Assembly (NCBI GenBank): GCA_032718475.1
Contig: JAUCBJ010004644.1
Coordinates: 1 to 34,594 of the forward strand
Direction: 5' to 3'
Source: Nemertoderma westbladi
Lineage: Eukaryota; Animalia; Xenacoelomorpha
DNA length: 34,594 nt
In this document: positions 30,176-34,594 of the stretch, piece after piece
Position numbering within the stretch: the stretch's first letter is position 1
How the letters are laid out: every line of letters starts with the position of its first letter
Notes under the pieces: generated by a model
Seen by the model: the letters and a program-made list of their open reading frames with translations, nothing else
Told to the model about the DNA's origin: nothing
Database searches by the model: none
Program-made: the position numbers and the translations under genes

Positions 30176-31398
30176 CCCATTTCTTTGCTTTTGATCCGTT
30201 TAAACTGAAACATGACATATTTACTACACCATAAGTTGCGTCTTGGTTGATAAAAACTGATAAAAACGGCTTTGGATATTTAATATCAAAATGGAACCCC
30301 GTTATGGCTTTCCTTTGTGGGGCGAGCCACGAAGTCTGAGATCTTTATCAAACAGCGGGCCAAATCGGCAGTGATCGTCAGATTTGAACGTCAATTTCTG
30401 CGGGCGCTACGCAAATCACTGTCAAAGTTTCATGTTTTACACTCTAGACACTGTCAATTAATTAGGACTTAATAAAAACTGTCCGATATGGTTAGTGTCC
30501 GCCAAGTCCTCACTACTGGTATAAAGTTAGTACGCTTGCCCGAGGTACTTTAAGTGCGCAGTGGTATGGGATAAATAAATAAATCCTTTCTCGTTAGTCA
30601 GTCAATAATACATTACTTTGTTTAGTTTAGATGACAGCAGGTTATCTATAAATATTCTATTTTCCCCAGTAGCATTATTTACCTTTGTTTGAGGTACAAC
30701 AGTTCACTAAACCTCCAATAAAATCTCACCAGAATGCGGATATTTATCCATTAGATAGGCACAGGTCTGGCTGGCTTGGATGGCTCTATATAACCATCAA
30801 CTTATGCCAATGCAGTCATTACAAAAGGCCTGAATGTAAACAGTACACTGGTATTGGAATTACTTTGTACTGTCACGGTGCTTATGCATGCAAGTATTAA
30901 TTTAAATTGTACTTCTTTTTCCAAAACTAAAATACGCATCAGTTATTTTTATCATTTTCAAATATCAACTATATTCCGTAATATTAATGGTCTTATTGTA
31001 TTTTAACTTTGAACACATAGCATATCTCCAGTATCTGTTTATTAGCAATTAAAGTTAATTAGCAATTAAATGAATTCTACTGGTTGAGGTTATATCTGTC
31101 CATTTTTGTTTTAGACAATATGTTGAAAAAATTTCGAAGATAAATTAATATAATAAGTTGTTCTGGCTACCTCAACTCAAACATTGTAATAATCATTCAA
31201 TGAAATAAAATTGAGTGACATGCTGCACTCACAGACTACATTGATTACAACACCCTTGGTTGGGCACCAACCATCAATTCTCTAACATTTGGCGATTCAT
31301 ACAACAAGCAGTTGTTGGTAAATCAACCGAAACCGAAACCCTCAGTTAATTAAATAATCAGTCTCTGTAGTTGTTAAGTTACGTGATCACCCACCCAT

Positions 31399-31481
31399 CA
31401 TGTTGTTCTGTGCATGTTGTTATGTGCATGTTGTTATGTGCATGTTGTTATGTGCATGTTGTTATGTGCATGTTGTTCTGT
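31399..31481. repeat. 14-bp tandem repeat CATGTTGTTATGTG, ~6 copies
   Basis: Direct reading. Confidence 0.9.
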
Positions 31482-31883
31482 TACAACAGTTGGTGTTATT
31501 ATTATAATGTTATTTATATAAATAATATTAGTGCTTCAATTTCTACTCTATATGTGTAGATTGATCAATTTTTAGTTACAAATATAATATATATATAGAC
31601 ATAACATAACATAATTAATAATACGTACAATTTTAAATTTCTTATTGTTTAACATTAAATAATATTACTTAGTTCATGTTACGTGCATGAAGTAATTCGG
31701 TATTTTTTGTTTTGTTTGTTTGAGGGGTTAACTGCGAAGTAAATAATACATTGCTAGAAGATAACTCTTGGTATACATCACAATATGGTCTCAGTTTGAT
31801 ATATCGGTAATATTGAGTCGTTTGCATCTTTAGCATAAAACTTTGATATTGATTAATTTCCTTGTTTGTCATACATTTATTAT

Positions 31884-32074
31884 ATGGCAACAATAGGACC
31901 CAATTTAATTGAAGATCATAGCAGCCCATGGGAACCATGGAAGGCTGCTGGGGACTCAGTTGGAGAAGAGACGTCTATTCGCTCTGGTTGGCTAAAGAAG
32001 CAGTCAGCCTTCACCAAGTCCTGGAATAGAAGATGGTTTACTATAAAAGGAAAGCACCTTCAATATTATTCCAG
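31884..32074 (+). CDS. Exon of an ARHGAP22/24/25-like RhoGAP gene, PH domain N-terminal half (5' boundary uncertain)
   Basis: IRSGWLKKQSAFTKSWNRRWFTIKGKHLQYY; donor AG|GTTAGA at 32074/32075 (phase 2). Confidence 0.8.
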
Positions 32075-32438
32075 GTTAGATATTGGGTATTTGTTCGAGA
32101 TCGTGTGTTATTCGTAAAAATCCTACTGTACCTATTTGAATGGTATTCCAGGTTGTAGGTGAGGTTAGTACTGTATACCAAATTATATTTTGACCTGTAA
32201 TTCATCTAGGGTTTTGATAATGTGGCAAATTGACCGCAAGTGAAAAAAAAGGTGACCTCCAGCACAAATTGACTAGTGAAATAAAGTTGCGTTTGTGGCT
32301 TTTGTTTTAACTTTCCAGTTTTCAGCTCTATTGAGCTTGTTGATATAATCCATGTCCTGAATGACAGTGTCTTTATTTTGGTACACAAGGATTCCAACTA
32401 CTGTGAACGCAACAAACTCCGAATTTCGTTGCGAGAAC

Positions 32439-33603
32439 GGGCGGAGATAGGGCGTGGGCGGACATGGGCGGAGATAGAGCGTGGGCGGAGATAGGGCGTG
32501 GGCGGAGATAGGGCGTGGGCGGAGAGGGCGTGGGCTGAGATATGGCGTGGGCGGAGATATGGCGTGGGCGGAGATAGGGCGTGGGCTGAGATATGGCGTG
32601 GGCGGAGATATGGCGTGGGCGGAGATAGGGCGTGGGCGGAGATAGGGCGTGGGCGGAGATATGGCGTGGGCGGAGATAGGGCGTGGGCGGAGATAGGGCG
32701 TGGGCGGAGATAGGGCATGGGCGGAGATAGGGCATGGGCGGAGATAGGGCGTGGGCGGAGATAGGGCGTGGGCGGTCATGGGCGGAGATAGGGCGTGGGC
32801 GGAGATATGGCGTGGGCGGAGATATGGCGTGGGCGGAGATAGGGCGTGGGCGGAGATAGGGCGTGGGCGGAGATATGGCGTGGGCGGAGATAGGGCGTGG
32901 GCGGAGATAGGGCGTGGGCGGAGATAGGGCATGGGCGGAAATAGGGCATGGGCGGAGATAGGGCGTGGGCGGATATAGGGCGTGGGCGGTCATGGGCGGA
33001 GATAGGGCGTGGGCGGAGATAGGGCATGGGCGGAGATAGGGCGTGGGCGGAGATAGGGCGTGGGCGGAGATAGGGCGTGGGCGGAGATAGGGCATGGGCG
33101 TGCATGGGCGGAGATAGGGCATGGGCGGAGATAGGGCGTGGGCGGAGATAGGGCGTGGGCGGAGATAGGGCGTGGGCGGAGATAGGGCGTGGGCGAAGAT
33201 AGGGCGTGGGCGGGCATGGGCGGAGATAGGGCGTGGGCGGAGATAGGGCGTGGGCGGAGATAGGGCGTGGGCGGACATGGGCGGAGATAGGATTGATTGA
33301 TTGATGCGCTTGTTGGCGCCATCATCCGGACCAGCTGGCATTTAATTAGACTTCACTTCAGTAAAAACCAATAGGGCGGAGATAGGGCGTGGGCGGAGAT
33401 AGGGCGTGGGCGGACATGGGCGGAGATAGGGCGTGGGTGGAGATAGGGCGTGGGCGGACATGGGCCGAGATAGGGCGTGGGCGAAGATAGGGCGTGTGCG
33501 GAGATAGGGCGTGGGCGGACATGGGCGGAGTTAGGGCGTGGGCGGGCGTGGGCGGAGATAGGGCGTGGGCGGGCGTGGGCGGAGATAGGGCGTGGGCGGA
33601 CAT
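32439..33603. repeat. G-rich 17-bp minisatellite GGGCGGAGATAGGGCGT in two blocks (32439-33291 and 33371-33603), intronic
   Basis: 17-bp period; explains the 17-aa periodic spurious ORFs on the minus strand. Confidence 0.95.
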
Positions 33604-33720
33604 CGACGCAAAATCGACGCAAAAAACAGCTGGTTTATCCCGAATAGAAAACTATGCAACAGGTTTTTTGACTTTAGTTTATTGTTTGGTTAGAATAACG
33701 TGCCACTGTAACCTGCTCCT
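33598..33720 (+). repeat. Copy of the dispersed MITE-like family fused to the minisatellite end
   Basis: GACGCAAAAAACAGCTG...TTTATTGTTTGGTTAGAATAACGTGCCACTGTAACCT. Confidence 0.6.
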
Positions 33721-33875
33721 TTCTTAAAGTGATAATTTAACATTAAGGTGAAATATGAAAGTATCTTTCAAGGACATGGTGAAGATAGACAAATAATTAA
33801 TTAATCATATACAGTAGGGCTCCCAGTAATTATTGATGGGCCTATTATAGGGCCAACAACATGTTTATCTTTTAG

Positions 33876-33988
33876 AGATGAGAATGGCAAATTGCACGGA
33901 TTGATATACCTTCTCGGTTCCTCTGTAAACGAATGCACCCAGCGCAACTCCGATGAACAGGGAAAATTCTACTTTGAAATCATTCCAG
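33876..33988 (+). CDS. Next exon of the ARHGAP22/24/25-like gene (PH domain continuation); gene probably continues beyond the window
   Basis: Acceptor TTTTAG|A is phase-compatible with the upstream exon, giving ..YYSR DENGKLHGLIYLLGSSVNEC..GKFYFEIIP; donor CAG|GTAAAA. Confidence 0.82.
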
Positions 33989-34232
33989 GTAAAAAAAATG
34001 CTGTTTTGTTTATTCAGTATTGGAGGTTAGAGAACTACTGTACCCGTGCCCAATATCTGCAGTTAATAACAATTAAATTGTTAGTAACGCCACTTATATA
34101 ACGCTTGCCCAAATTAGATGATTTCACACCAAAAAAAAAATTATTTAGCTCCAAATATATTTTTTGTAGCACCAATTTACATCCCCCCAATTTTGAATGA
34201 GAGTCTGTTAATTTTGATATAATATTTTATCA

Positions 34233-34388
34233 TTTTGGGGGAATTATGTATATATTTTGGGGGATTACGTATTTATTTTGTGGGATTATGTATTTATTTT
34301 GTGGGATTATGTATTTATTTTGGGGGATTATGTATTTATTTTGGGGGGATTATGTATTTATTTTGAGAAAATTTGTATTTATTTTGGT
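34233..34388. repeat. ~21-bp tandem repeat TTTTGGGGGATTATGTATTTA, ~7 decaying copies
   Basis: Direct reading. Confidence 0.85.
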
Positions 34389-34594
34389 GTGAATTGTTAT
34401 AGCTTTTGCGGCAAAAATGTGTCGTTTTTGTGCAATGCGCGAACTACTCTAAAACTACTCTGGAGGGATTGAAGAACGTATAAACTTACGCCCTCTAGCG
34501 TTTATTTTGGTACAGAGCTATAATGACGAAATCACCAACCATTGGCCAGGCTTTCTCTTTGTCCCGTATGTTCTATGTTAATTCTCGGCCAATC

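Noticed and set aside
32273-33727. Pro/Arg-rich ORFs up to 322 aa
   Set aside because: Translations of the 17-bp minisatellite, open in all three minus frames, lying inside an intron

Overview
AT-rich eukaryotic (metazoan invertebrate-type) genomic DNA, not prokaryotic. Host genes: TTLL7-like tubulin polyglutamylase (+), a CYP2-clan cytochrome P450 (-) and INTS2 (+), each with an uninterrupted CDS, plus two spliced exons of an ARHGAP22/24/25-like PH-domain gene (+). Repeats and mobile DNA: a 7.6-kb satellite of ~166 x 46 bp with higher-order structure, a decayed 5'-truncated RTE-like LINE, a hAT-type MITE, a young Gypsy-like LTR retrotransposon with CG...CG termini and a 3-bp TSD, a G-rich 17-bp minisatellite and several MITE-like repeats. 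The most striking observation is a pair of short Pol III-type cassettes (19072-19181 + and 12485-12622 -). Each has a tRNA A box and B box bracketing a minimal type I hammerhead ribozyme fold with a palindromic stem III, followed by an oligo-T terminator. One copy has an intact catalytic core. The other has a degenerate core but different, still-pairing stems. All calls were made by eye; no searches were run.
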